A stretch of DNA of 64,000 nt from Flectonema sp. DT1601 (Eukaryota): NCBI GenBank assembly GCA_964019425.1, contig OZ025785.1, positions 186,001 through 250,000 of the forward strand, in the 5' to 3' direction. The notes beneath the pieces are model-generated. The model did not search any database, was not told the DNA's origin, and saw nothing but the letters and a program-made list of their open reading frames with translations. A program made the translations under genes and the position numbers. Positions 20,635 to 32,278 of this stretch are shown one piece after another; position 1 is the stretch's first letter, and the number at the start of each line of letters is the position of its first letter.

Positions 20635-23600
20635 TCATTCATCTGATGCTGACGGATCTGCTTCTGAGTAAGAGAGACCATTATGAGAACCAACTGAAAT
20701 CCGATTAGTCTTCAGAAAAGAATACTTTTTAGTGTTTTGTCCATCAGAACCATTACACGGAATTGTATTCAGAGAGGGATTGCCTTGTCCCTTATAATCC
20801 TTATGCAGGTGGGGATACTTTGTTTTTGCAGGAGAGTAATTGATATTTCCATTTACAGTTTCTTCTAATTTCGCACAATTAAGTTTCAAGGGACCGAATC
20901 TAAAAGTGTTCTCAATGAGTTCTGTTCCTGTGAAGTACACACAGCCAATGAGTTTTTTTAATTTTCTGGATTTACTTACTTTGAATTTTCCTCCTTCCCA
21001 GCTGCTTATGTCTTGATGTTCATAAAAAGTTGTGTTAAAAACGACGAAATATGGGATCTCGTTCCTTTCAAGAAACTCGACACACTCCGATTCGAGAATG
21101 TTACTTTTGACCGTCGGCCACGAATCAGGCGACGGCATAAATTTGTCCTGCATAAGAGCCACCAATAGATCATCCCCACAGTAAAACGGAACAATACGTT
21201 CTACTCCCTTTTCGCATTGCTTCTTTGATGCGACAGTGTAACCATCCTTCAAGTAGTTTAGCATAGTCTTGTCGTGATCCTTATTATATAATTCATTGTT
21301 CTCAACAGTAGTTTCAGCGAGCCTTTTTTGCGATTTCCCCAGGTTCTTGACATTCTTCACTAATGATGTCTCCGTCTCCAGTATATTTATTTTGAGTTTC
21401 TTTTCTTCAAAACTCTCATCACTGGTGGATCCCTCCTTTAAGCTCTTGAACTTTGCCCCTGCAAAAAATTCCTTCACTGTAACTACCTCTTTATTAACTA
21501 AAAGAATCTTTCTAATACACTCAAAGTTCATTGTTACGGTTTCCATGTTCTTCTCTTGTCCTGGAACACATAAGACGTCACCCTCGTAAGCATCTCGTAG
21601 ATGATTCTTTAGTAACTTAATGAGATTATTATTACCATCGATGTCATCATTGTTGTCATCATTAGCCCACAGTCTTAACAACTGAGGTACCAAATACTGT
21701 AGGCCGTCTGCATCCTGAATTAATCCCTTCTCCTTCCAAAGTTCTAAATCATCACCTGACACGCTACCAGTGAACCAACGACATACATTCTTATAATTGA
21801 GGAAGTTATTTATTATATTTAACTTTACTCTCGAGTATGACTTCTTAATCTTATAACTAAAAACACTCTCAGAATCATTCGTGTCGAGTAATGAGAGGAG
21901 TCCCGGGTTACCTCCACACGACAGAAATGATTGCCAAAGAGACTTCGATTCACGAATAACTTTCATCTTTTCATCAGCAATCGCAAGGATCGAATTTTCC
22001 GGACTGAGATTGTACAACGGAATACTTGAGATGGATCCGTCTGTCGTCAAATAGTCAGAATCGAGTCCTGTGAAGACGAACATGACACGCTTGTTGGAGT
22101 TCTTCCTTGAGTCATCTTGAATGGTCATGAGTGCAGAGATAAGGGACTGCACATATTGGGATTGCACATTTCCTTTCTGTCCATCATCGTGTGGGATGAG
22201 ATCATCGACGAAGATGATCATACCCTTGCGGTTCTCGTATTTCTTGAGATCGAATAGCTGTTCTATTATCTCTACCAGGGAAGGTGGAGACTGAGCAGTT
22301 TCGTCACTTATCCCATTGGAAGACAGCAGTTGGGTAGTAAACTGTTTGATTTGTTCATCTTTATCATTAGACAGTTCGACTGGTTCAGAATAAGTGACGA
22401 CAACAGAAATGAATTCTTCTTCATTAACCTCAGCTGACATGTTTTTAATGAATGTTGTCTTCCCAGCCCCAGGGATACCAATCGCTGCCAGGGGTTTGAA
22501 TCCGCCGCCCTCTTTATTTTTATTTAGAAACTGGTCCTCATCTTCTCCAAAAAAGAATGCCTCTTTATATTTATTAAATACTTCGATGCTCTTTTCACGC
22601 CCAAGAAATGGTTTAAATGGTTCACTTGCCCATCTGAGAGAATTTAACTTTTGTTTGGAATCCTTGATTTTTGAACCTTCGATCGCTTTTTCTAATTCGA
22701 TGCTCTCTCCTAATTTAGCGACATTTCCTTCTAATTTATCATTCTGAAGTTTAGTACAACCCCTTTTTAATCCTGTGATGTCTGTTATAATTGACATAGT
22801 ACCATTAATTAATATCCACATGCTCATTGGTAATTCCTTCTCTTTTATTGTTTTGATGCACGGTAATAATTTGGTGATTTCATTTGATATTCGTCGATTA
22901 TTAATTAAGCGATTGATGTATGCTTTTTGGTCCGTGTCTAATTGTCCGGAATAAAAATTAAAAACTTCGTTATTTTCCCAACCTTCGACTCCATTTTGTA
23001 GTTCATTGATGCACTCTGTTGGTTCAATACAACTTTTTCTTATGTTTTCGATCTCTTCTAAACTTTTTAAACATAGTTCGGTGGTATCGTTTTTTAGTTT
23101 CTTTTTTGAGTCCTCAATTTTGTTTTCTAATTCCGTATTATTTGGTACCACGTCTTCTGATGATGCGATGGCCACCAAAAATAGAAAAGTCTTAAACATT
23201 TCGAAGATAGTACTTATTGTGCTGATTTGCGTATTAATTGTGGAAATGATATCACCTAACGCAGATTTGGATTTTCCAAGGCTGCCTAAACTTTTGATGG
23301 CTGTTTCGATATTATTTTCAAAAGGCTTATTATTAATTAATTTATTAATTAAATTTTTTAGTTTTTTACCAATGGTCAAGTTTAGTTGAGTAGCAGCCCT
23401 ACGATCTTTGGCCTTTATTTGTAATTCATTCCAGCTGCTTGTTAACGATTCTACATGCTCGGTTTTTGTTACGTTGATGCTCGTTACTAATTTGATGATT
23501 TCATTTAATACTAATTGATCTTTAATCAAGCAATTGATGACCGGTTCATAGGTATCGATGCACTTCGTGGTAGTTTCCAATTGGAACTTTTCATCATCTG

Positions 23601-24081
23601 TTAAGATATCATTAAAATTAAAATTAATATCAATCTTCTTCTTCCAATTATGTTTCCCTGCCAATGAATTATATTCCTCCTTAAAGGTCAGTAATTTACT
23701 ATTACTTTCGAGTAATGCCGCCTCCCCCTCCTCCAAAGATTTAACACACTCGTAATAATCTTTATTATTATTCAATTCGCTGCATGGGATGGAAGTAAAC
23801 ATCGTTTGGTCTTTTTCCAGCTTCGTCTTCTTCTCATCGATCTGTTTCTTACATACCAGGAGACATCCTAACGTTACTTTATTAGCTTCAGCCTGACTTG
23901 TCTCAGATCCGTTATTTATTAACTCTACAATGTCCTCAATAGTTTCGTGTTTTTCATTACCTTCGGATGATTGTTTTTTAATTACTCCGTTGATTTCATC
24001 AATTGCCTTCTGTAGTTTATTAATTTCCTTTTTGATAAAGGATTCCCTCTCAGAAGATGTTTCAGGCAAGACTCCAGACAT
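20635..24081 (-). CDS. Crinkler/RHS-like NTPase-nuclease protein, array copy 2 (1148 aa)
   Basis: Same NTPase and nuclease-like motifs as copy 1; different N-terminal region. Confidence 0.85.
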   Translation of the reverse strand: MSGVLPETSSERESFIKKEINKLQKAIDEINGVIKKQSSEGNEKHETIEDIVELINNGSETSQAEANKVTLGCLLVCKKQIDEKKTKLEKDQTMFTSIPCSELNNNKDYYECVKSLEEGEAALLESNSKLLTFKEEYNSLAGKHNWKKKIDINFNFNDILTDDEKFQLETTTKCIDTYEPVINCLIKDQLVLNEIIKLVTSINVTKTEHVESLTSSWNELQIKAKDRRAATQLNLTIGKKLKNLINKLINNKPFENNIETAIKSLGSLGKSKSALGDIISTINTQISTISTIFEMFKTFLFLVAIASSEDVVPNNTELENKIEDSKKKLKNDTTELCLKSLEEIENIRKSCIEPTECINELQNGVEGWENNEVFNFYSGQLDTDQKAYINRLINNRRISNEITKLLPCIKTIKEKELPMSMWILINGTMSIITDITGLKRGCTKLQNDKLEGNVAKLGESIELEKAIEGSKIKDSKQKLNSLRWASEPFKPFLGREKSIEVFNKYKEAFFFGEDEDQFLNKNKEGGGFKPLAAIGIPGAGKTTFIKNMSAEVNEEEFISVVVTYSEPVELSNDKDEQIKQFTTQLLSSNGISDETAQSPPSLVEIIEQLFDLKKYENRKGMIIFVDDLIPHDDGQKGNVQSQYVQSLISALMTIQDDSRKNSNKRVMFVFTGLDSDYLTTDGSISSIPLYNLSPENSILAIADEKMKVIRESKSLWQSFLSCGGNPGLLSLLDTNDSESVFSYKIKKSYSRVKLNIINNFLNYKNVCRWFTGSVSGDDLELWKEKGLIQDADGLQYLVPQLLRLWANDDNNDDIDGNNNLIKLLKNHLRDAYEGDVLCVPGQEKNMETVTMNFECIRKILLVNKEVVTVKEFFAGAKFKSLKEGSTSDESFEEKKLKINILETETSLVKNVKNLGKSQKRLAETTVENNELYNKDHDKTMLNYLKDGYTVASKKQCEKGVERIVPFYCGDDLLVALMQDKFMPSPDSWPTVKSNILESECVEFLERNEIPYFVVFNTTFYEHQDISSWEGGKFKVSKSRKLKKLIGCVYFTGTELIENTFRFGPLKLNCAKLEETVNGNINYSPAKTKYPHLHKDYKGQGNPSLNTIPCNGSDGQNTKKYSFLKTNRISVGSHNGLSYSEADPSASDE

Positions 24082-25066
24082 TGTTATATTTTATTAGGTT
24101 ACTTGTTATTGTAATCAAACTTCGAGGAATTCTTAAATTGCATAAAAACTGAAACACCGTTTTATCAACTCCGAGTTGCTTAAGTGAGAACAGTTGGTGA
24201 GTTCACTCTCACAACCCTTCAGGTTACTTTCTTTCATTTGTCCCTGATGAAGATTTTAGACAGAGTGGGTATTGCTGAAAGATAAGTGTAATAATAATAT
24301 TAATGTATTCATAGGAAACTCACTCACTCAACTCACCCTCCTCTTCTTCCACTTCTCTTACCGATCCTTTATTGTTACTGAAGAAATGTGAAGATTTAAT
24401 TAATCGTTTTTTGAGTCGAATATAATTTTTAATTAACTCTCAATTCTGAGAGCTACCTGAAAGTTAGTCAACTCGATTTCATTATAATTAGTTGGCAGTG
24501 TTTTCACAAAACGAGTATTCATTTGGTACACAAAAGGTTTGTTAATGTTATTTTAGATATCTGATGTATTTATTGCAAGACATCAATTAAATAAAAAAGT
24601 TAGGTTCTCAGGATAAAAAGGTCAGGCTTTGAATTCCAAAATTGGAGGCGAATATGCCGAGAGAGAGAGAGAAAGAGAAAAAAACTCTCTCACACACAAA
24701 AGCCTTGCAAAACTACTAATTCATGTGGGTCATAATTTTATTATTTGATATATAGGTAGTTTGTTAAAAAAAGGAGAGTTTGAGGTTTTTTTTTTAATAT
24801 TGTATCAAAAAAAGTTAACTAAAAAATAAAACTATTAGTTATGATACACGTTGACTAAAGGTAATGTTAGTATCGGTAAACACTCTGCATGTGACGTAAA
24901 GACTTCACACTATAATTATAATGCAAGGTCCCTACGTTAAAGGAGGAGGGGGGATGTATGTTCGATTTTGTAAAAATTACAACTGTGTTGTATCATAAAA
25001 ACATAAAGATAATTTAACATTAGTTTTAAATACAGTGACTAAGGGTGATGCGCAACTTAGCATATT

Positions 25067-25202
25067 AAAGTAACTATAGGTTTCGAGAGTAATCCATATA
25101 CCTCTTACCTCTATTCTCTCTCATCAGTATGGTGTAGAAGTAAGTCAGTCAAATGTTGAGACTGAGTCATTCCAGTTTGCAGGACTGGAATGTAGTTACT
25201 TT
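25067..25202 (-). ncRNA. Predicted rearranged hammerhead ribozyme, family A copy 2 (best preserved)
   Basis: Stem I CCATA/TATGG, stem II GAGAG/CTCTC, stem III ACCT/AGGT, pseudoknot CTTACTTCTA/TAGAGGTAAG, intact CTGATGA, GAAA and GTA; predicted cut between 25099 and 25098. Confidence 0.75.
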
Positions 25203-26432
25203 AAGTTTCACGTTCATAATAAAAAAAACATATTATTTACTGTTACTAGTTCGTGAAAAGGAAGGGGGTTGAGGAATATCAAAAGAAATTTATAAAAAAA
25301 AAACCCATTCACCCTCTACAACAATAATCTACTAAAGATAAATTGATTATAATGATGTTTTGTTAGATATGTAAAGGATGTTAACGGCTACTGGTCGATG
25401 TTGAAAAAGGTAAGAAAAAGGAGATCAAATTAAAATAATTCAAAAGCAGAAGAAGAGAAGAGAAGGAAATCATCACAAGACAATCAGTTAAAATTAACTG
25501 GGGTTGGTATTTATTTTTTTTTAAAAAAAACTGATCGTTGTTGTACAACATTACAAAACTTCCCTCCTCCACAGTACTTCCACGTCCATTGAAAACATGT
25601 GGACAGGAGCAGGGAGTTCGGATGGCCTTCAGTCTTTCAGTGTCGGAGTATTCAACATTCGAAATAAAATATTTAAAAAAAACAAAAAAACTAAAATAAA
25701 AAACACACACTCAATTATTTGGTAATCAGCAAAATACTGAAAATAAATACCACCGCTGACCAGCTTCAAAGGGTACCAAAAATCCCACAGGTACGGACTT
25801 GATGGGAAAAAACTCCCCTCACCAGTCAGTAACTTGTATCGTATGTTTTCGTATCTTTGCTCACATTAGTTTGGTACACAAAAGGTTTCTAAAACTCTGT
25901 TGTGTATTCGCAAGAATGGTTAGGGAAGGAAATAAAAAAATTTTCAAAAAAAAAAAAAAAATTGAACTTCAAGAATTCGCACAAAGAGGATTATTTCATT
26001 AGTTCACTCAAAGAAAGATGAAATAAACAAAACCCCCACGACAAAGGATAGGACGGAGTTCAGTCATATTTACTTCCAAATCATTCACACTTAACTTTTG
26101 GAGTTATCTCGGGGAGAGGGAAAAACAACTAAAGCAACGGGCAAGGTTGTGGGTGTTTTCTGTTTACACTTTCTTCTATTCGTAGTATTTTTTATTCTTT
26201 TTTTTTTTTTCATTTCACACTCAAAATTGAAATCCCTCGAGTTGACATAATTTGTGTCACAAATTCGACGGGACATTATTATCATCGCAGTGAGACGACT
26301 GTTTTTACTTCACAACAATCTTTTGAATGAGCAAGTAGAAATGATTTGAGATCCAGAGGAGGGATGTCTTCAGACGAGTACATCACAGCGTGATATTCGT
26401 AGTCTTTCAGTGAGTACTTAACAAGAATGCCA

Positions 26433-29400
26433 TTATAATCCGTTATAATCCTTATGCAGGTGGGGATACACTTTTTTTACAGGAGAGTATTCGGTTTTTC
26501 CTTTTACAGTTACTTTTAATTTCGCACAATTAAGTTTCAAGGGACCGAATCTAGAAGTGCTCTCGACGAGTGCTGTTCCTGTGAAGTGCACACAGCCAAT
26601 GGGTTTATGTCCTATTCCTCCTTCCCCCCAGCTGCTTATGTCTTCATGTTCATAAAAAGTTGTGTTAAAAACGACGAAATATTGGATCCCTTTCCTTTTA
26701 AGAAACTCGACACACGGCGATTTGAGGATGTTATCTTTTGCTGCTGACCAGTAGTCAGTGGTAGACACAAATTTGTCCTGCATAAGAGCCACCAATAGAT
26801 CATCCCCACAGTAAAACGGAACAATACGTTCTACTCCCTTTTCGTTTTGCTTCTCTGATGCGACAGTGTAACCATCCTTCAAGTAGTTTAGAATCTTCTT
26901 GTCGTGCTTCCCATTATAACCTTTGTTTTTCTGCCTAGTTTTAGAGCTATTTTCCGTCTCAGTTTTAGAGCTATCCACATCTTCTGATTGTCCCAGATTT
27001 TCGGCAAACTTCACTAACGATGTCTTCTCGGACTCCGGTATTATTATTTTGAGTTTTTCCTTTTCAAATTTCTCATCAGAAAACATTGCCCCTGCAAAAA
27101 AGTCCTTCACTGTAACTACCTCTTTATTAACTAAAAGAATCTTTCTAATACACTCAAAGTTCATTGTTACGGTTTCCATGTTCTTCTCTTGTCCTGGAAC
27201 ACATAAGACGTCACCCTCGTAAGCATCTCGTAGATGATTCTTTAGTAACTTAATGAGATTATTATTACCATTGATGTCATCATTGTTGTCATCATTAGCC
27301 CACAGTCTTAACAACTGAGGTACCAAATACTGTAGGCCGTCTGCATCCTGAATTAATCCCTTCTCCTTCCAAAGTTCTAAATCATCACCCGACACGCTAC
27401 CAGTGAACCAACGACATACATTCTCATAATTGAGGAAGTTATTTATTATATTTAACTTTACTCTCGAGTATGACTCCTTAATCTTATAACTAAAAACACT
27501 CTCAGAATCATTCGTGTCGAGTAATGAGAGGAGTCCCGGGTTACCTCCACACGACAGAAATGATTGCCAAAGAGACTTCGATTCACGAATGACTTTCATC
27601 TTTTTTTTCATCTCTGCATTCATCTTTTTATTGATCTCTTTAATCTCTTTATTCATCTTTTTTTTCATCTTTTTATTGATCTCTTTAATCTTCTTATTCA
27701 TCTCTTCATTCATCTCTTTAATCTTTTCTTTCATCTCTTTATTCATCTTTTCTTTCATCTTTTTATTCATCCCTTCAATCTCTTCCTTCGTCTTTTCTTT
27801 CATCTCTTTAATCTTTTCTTTCATCTTTTTATTCATCCCTTCAATCTCTTCCTTCGTCTTTTCCTTCATCTCTTTAATCTTTTCTTTCATCTCTTTATTC
27901 ATCTTTTCATCAGCAATCGCAAGGATCGAATTTTCCGGACTGAGATTGTACAACGGAATACTTGAGATGGATCTGATGGATCCGTCTGTCGTCAAATAGT
28001 CAGAATCGAGTCCTGTGAAGACGAACATGACACGCTTGTTGGAGTTCTTCCTTGAGTCATCTTGAATGGTCATGAGTGCAGAGATAAGGGACCGCACATT
28101 TCCTATCTGTTTATCATCGTGTGGGATGAGATCATCGACGAAGATGATCATACCTTTACATTCCTTACATTCCTTGAGATCGAATATCTGTTCTATAATA
28201 TCTTTCAGGGGAGGTGGAGACTGAGCTGTTTCGTCACTTATCCCATTGGAAGACAGCAGTTGGGTAGTAAAGTGTTCGATATGTTCATCTTCCTTATCAG
28301 TAGACAGTTTGACTGGATCAGAATAAGTGACGACAACAGAAATGAATTCTTCTTCATTAACCTCAGCTGACATGTTTTTAATGAATGTTGTCTTCCCAGC
28401 CCCAGGGATACCAATCGCTGCCAGGGGTTTGAATCCGCCGCTCAATCCTCCCTCTTCATTTTTATTTAAAAACTCTTTAAGCATGTTCTCATCGTTTCCA
28501 AAGAATGCCTTTTTATATTTATTAAATACTTCGATGCTCTTTTCACGCCCAAGAAATGGTTTAAATAGTTCACTTACCCATCTGAGAGAATTTAACTTTT
28601 GTTTGTGACCCTTGATTTTAGTTTTTAACCTCTCGGTCTTTTCTTCTAATTTGATGCAGTTTTTTAAGTCAGTGATATTTTCTGTTAATTTACCAACATT
28701 TATTTTTAGATGTCGGTTGTTTTTTAATTCTTTGATGTGTGCTATAATTCGGATGGTATCATTAATTAATATCCACATGCTCATTGGTAATTCCTTCTCT
28801 TCTATTGTTCTGATGCACCCGATGATTTCATTTGATAATTCCTTGTTGATTCTAGATTGATTATTTAAGTACGATTCACAGGTAGCGATGCTTTCGATGG
28901 TACTTTCCAATAATTCGTCGATCTCAAAGTCCTCCTTATTTATTAATTTGCAGATGTAATCTTCTATTTTCTTGACGATTTCTGTGGGTTTAATAGAACT
29001 TTTTCCTAACCAGCCGATGATCCTTTCTAAACTTTCGATTTTACCTTTGACCTTTAAGCTCTCTTCTAAGTCCTTAATGTTTGCTTTTACTTCTTCAATT
29101 TTTGCTTCCCTAGAATCGCCTTCTAATCCTTTGATGTCCATTAAAATATTCCCAAATATCTCGTAGCTCATTGGTAATTCCACGGGGCTATTTCTTATTT
29201 CTTCGATGCACTTGTCCAATTTAGGAATGATTTCATTTGGTAGTGATAGATCCTTCCAGTCATTGGGGAGGTCTTCGAGGATCTTTTCAAAAGTCTCGTT
29301 ATTTCCTTTTCCGAAATTTTCTTTGATTCTTAAGCTCTCTTCTAAGCCCTTAATGTTTTCTTCCAATTCTTTTATTTCTGCTTCCCCAAGATCGCCTTCT

Positions 29401-30158
29401 TTCATTAAAAGCAGGATGATCTTCCTAAACTTCTCGTCGATATTTGGTAATTCCACGGGGCTGTTTTCTATTTCTTCGATGCACTTGTTCAATGTAGGAA
29501 TGATTTTCCTAAATATTAAGTGATCCTTGAAGTCATTGATGTACTGTTTAAGATTATTATTAGGGATGTCATTCTCTTTTTCCAATTCACTGATGACATT
29601 TTGAAAAGACTTGTTCCTTTTCAAGTCCTGGATGCTCTTTCTTGACTCCTCGATGATGTTAACCTTTTCATCATCATTAAAATTAATATCAATCTTCATC
29701 CATTGAAGATCTCTTATCACCGCTGGAATATAGTTATGCTTAAAGTCCAGTAATTTTTTATCACGATTACTTTTGAGTAACTCCACCTCCCCCTCCTCCA
29801 AAGATTTAACACATGCATAATAACCTTCATTATCATTCAATTCGCTGCATGGGATGGAAGTAAACTTCTTCTGGTCTTCTTCCAGCTTCTTCTTCTTCTC
29901 ATCGATCTGTTTCTTACATACCAGGAGACATCCTAACGTTACTTTATTAAACTTCTTATCCTTATCAGCCTGAATTGTCGCAGATTCGTTACTTATTAAC
30001 TCTACAATGTCCTCAATAGTTTTATGTTCTTCATTACCTTCGGATGATTGTTTTTCAATTACTCCGTTGATTTCATTAATTGCCTTCTGTAGTTTATTAA
30101 TTTCCTGTTCGATAAAGGATTCCTTCCCAGAAGATGTTTCAGGCGAGACTCCAGACAT
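26433..30158 (-). CDS. Crinkler/RHS-like NTPase-nuclease protein, array copy 3 (1241 aa, K/E/M repeat insert)
   Basis: Same motifs; about 100-aa KEMKEK repeat between IADEKM and KVIRES. Confidence 0.85.
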   Translation of the reverse strand: MSGVSPETSSGKESFIEQEINKLQKAINEINGVIEKQSSEGNEEHKTIEDIVELISNESATIQADKDKKFNKVTLGCLLVCKKQIDEKKKKLEEDQKKFTSIPCSELNDNEGYYACVKSLEEGEVELLKSNRDKKLLDFKHNYIPAVIRDLQWMKIDINFNDDEKVNIIEESRKSIQDLKRNKSFQNVISELEKENDIPNNNLKQYINDFKDHLIFRKIIPTLNKCIEEIENSPVELPNIDEKFRKIILLLMKEGDLGEAEIKELEENIKGLEESLRIKENFGKGNNETFEKILEDLPNDWKDLSLPNEIIPKLDKCIEEIRNSPVELPMSYEIFGNILMDIKGLEGDSREAKIEEVKANIKDLEESLKVKGKIESLERIIGWLGKSSIKPTEIVKKIEDYICKLINKEDFEIDELLESTIESIATCESYLNNQSRINKELSNEIIGCIRTIEEKELPMSMWILINDTIRIIAHIKELKNNRHLKINVGKLTENITDLKNCIKLEEKTERLKTKIKGHKQKLNSLRWVSELFKPFLGREKSIEVFNKYKKAFFGNDENMLKEFLNKNEEGGLSGGFKPLAAIGIPGAGKTTFIKNMSAEVNEEEFISVVVTYSDPVKLSTDKEDEHIEHFTTQLLSSNGISDETAQSPPPLKDIIEQIFDLKECKECKGMIIFVDDLIPHDDKQIGNVRSLISALMTIQDDSRKNSNKRVMFVFTGLDSDYLTTDGSIRSISSIPLYNLSPENSILAIADEKMNKEMKEKIKEMKEKTKEEIEGMNKKMKEKIKEMKEKTKEEIEGMNKKMKEKMNKEMKEKIKEMNEEMNKKIKEINKKMKKKMNKEIKEINKKMNAEMKKKMKVIRESKSLWQSFLSCGGNPGLLSLLDTNDSESVFSYKIKESYSRVKLNIINNFLNYENVCRWFTGSVSGDDLELWKEKGLIQDADGLQYLVPQLLRLWANDDNNDDINGNNNLIKLLKNHLRDAYEGDVLCVPGQEKNMETVTMNFECIRKILLVNKEVVTVKDFFAGAMFSDEKFEKEKLKIIIPESEKTSLVKFAENLGQSEDVDSSKTETENSSKTRQKNKGYNGKHDKKILNYLKDGYTVASEKQNEKGVERIVPFYCGDDLLVALMQDKFVSTTDYWSAAKDNILKSPCVEFLKRKGIQYFVVFNTTFYEHEDISSWGEGGIGHKPIGCVHFTGTALVESTSRFGPLKLNCAKLKVTVKGKTEYSPVKKVYPHLHKDYNGL

Positions 30159-31803
30159 TGTTATATTTTATTAGGTTACTTGTTATTAATCAAACTTTGA
30201 GGAATTCTTAAATTGCATAAAAACTGAAACACCGTTTTATCAACTCCGAGTTGCTTAAGTGAGAACAGTTGGTGCGTTCACTCTCACAACCCTTCAGGTT
30301 ACTTTCTTTCATTTGTCCCTGATGAAGATTTTAGACAGAGTGGGTATTGCTGAAAGATAAGTGTAATAATAATATTATTGTATTCATAGGAAACTCACTC
30401 ACTCAACTCACCCTCCTCCTCTTCCACTTCTCTTACCGATCCTTTATTGTTACTGAAGAAATGTGAAGATTTAATTAATCGTTTTTTGAGTCGAATATAA
30501 TTTTTAATTAACTCTCAATTCTGAGAGCTACCTGAAAGTTAGTCAACTTGATTTCATTATAATTAGTTGGCAGTGTTTTCACAAAACGAGTATTCATTTG
30601 GTACACAAAAGGTTTGTTAATGTTATTTTAGATATCTGATGTATTTATTGCAAGACATCAATTAAATAAAAAAGTTAGGTTCTCAGGATAAAAAGGTCAG
30701 GCTTTGAATTCCAAAATTGGAGGCGAATATGCCGAGAGAGAGAGAAAGAGAAAAAAAACTCTCTCACACACAAAAGCCTTGCAAAACTACTAATTCATGT
30801 GGGTCATAATTTTATTATTTGATATATAGGTAGTTTGTTAAAAAAAGGAGAGTTTGAGGTTTTTTTTTTTTAATATTGTATCAAAAAAAGTTAACTAAAA
30901 AATAAAACTATTAGTTATGATACACGTTGACTAAAGGTAATGTTAGTATCGGTAAACACTCTGCATGTGACGTAAAGACTTCACACTATAATTATAATGC
31001 AAGGTCCCTACGTTAAAGGAGGAGGGGGAACTTGGTAATTTGATACGATACGAAAAGATTTATCTGGGAAGAATACTGCAGGTCTTTGTACAAAAGAATA
31101 AAAGTACTGTCACCATGAAACAGGAGGGGGGGTTGAGGAATATCAAAAAGAATTATTCAAAAAAAAACCCATTCACCCTCTACAACAATAATCTACTAAA
31201 GATAAATTGATTATAATGATGTTTTGTTAGATATGTAAAGGATGTTAACGGCTACTGGTCGATGTTGAAAAAAGTAAGAAAAAGGAGATCAAATTAAAAT
31301 AATTCAAAAGAAGAAGAAGAGAAGAGAAGAAAATCATCAAAAGACAATCAGTTAAAATTAACTGGGGTTGGTATTTATTTTTTTTAAAAAAAACTGATCG
31401 TTGTTGTACAACATTACAAAACTTCCTTCCTCCACAGTACTTCCACGTCCATTGAAAACATGTGGACAGGAGCAGGGAGTTCGGATGGCCTTCAGTCTTT
31501 CAGTGTCGGGGTATTCAACATTCGAAATAAAATATTTAAAAAAAACAAAAAAACTAAAATAAAAAACACTCAATTATTTGGTAATCAGCAAAATACTGAA
31601 AACAAATACCACCGCTGACCAGCTTCAAAGGGTGCCAAAAATCCCACAGGTACGGACTTGATGGGAAAAAACTCCCCTCACCAGTCAGTAACTTGTATCG
31701 CATGTTTTCGTATCTTTGCTCACATTAGTTTGGTACACAAAAGGTTTCTAAAACTCTGTTGTGTATTCGCAAGAATGGTTAGGGAAGGAAATAAAAAGTT
31801 TTT

Positions 31804-31842
<39 letters not shown>

Positions 31843-32278
31843 ACTTCAAGAATTCGCACAAAGAGGATTATTTCATTAGTTCACTCAAAGAAAGGTGAAA
31901 TAAACAAAACCCCCACGACAAAGGATTGGACGGAGTTCAGTCATATTTACTTCCAAATCATTCACACTGAGCTTTTGGGGTTATCTCGGGGAGAGGGAAA
32001 AACAACTAAAGCAACGGGCAAGGTTGTGGGTGTTTTCTGTTTACACTTTCTTCTATTCGTAGTATTTTTTATTCCTTTTTTTTTTCATTTCACACTCAAA
32101 ATTGAAATCCCTCGAGTTGACATAATTTGTGTCACCAATTCGACGGGACATTATTATCATCGCAGTGAGACGACTGTTTTTACTTCACAACAATCTTTTT
32201 AATGAACAGGTAGAAATGATTTGAGATCCAGAGGAGGGATGTCTTCAGACGAGTACATCACAGCGTGATATTCGTAGC

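Noticed and set aside
27514..27999. Plus-strand F/I/S-rich and LFIH-repeat ORFs (also 39660-40145)
   Set aside because: Antisense shadows of the K/E/M repeat.
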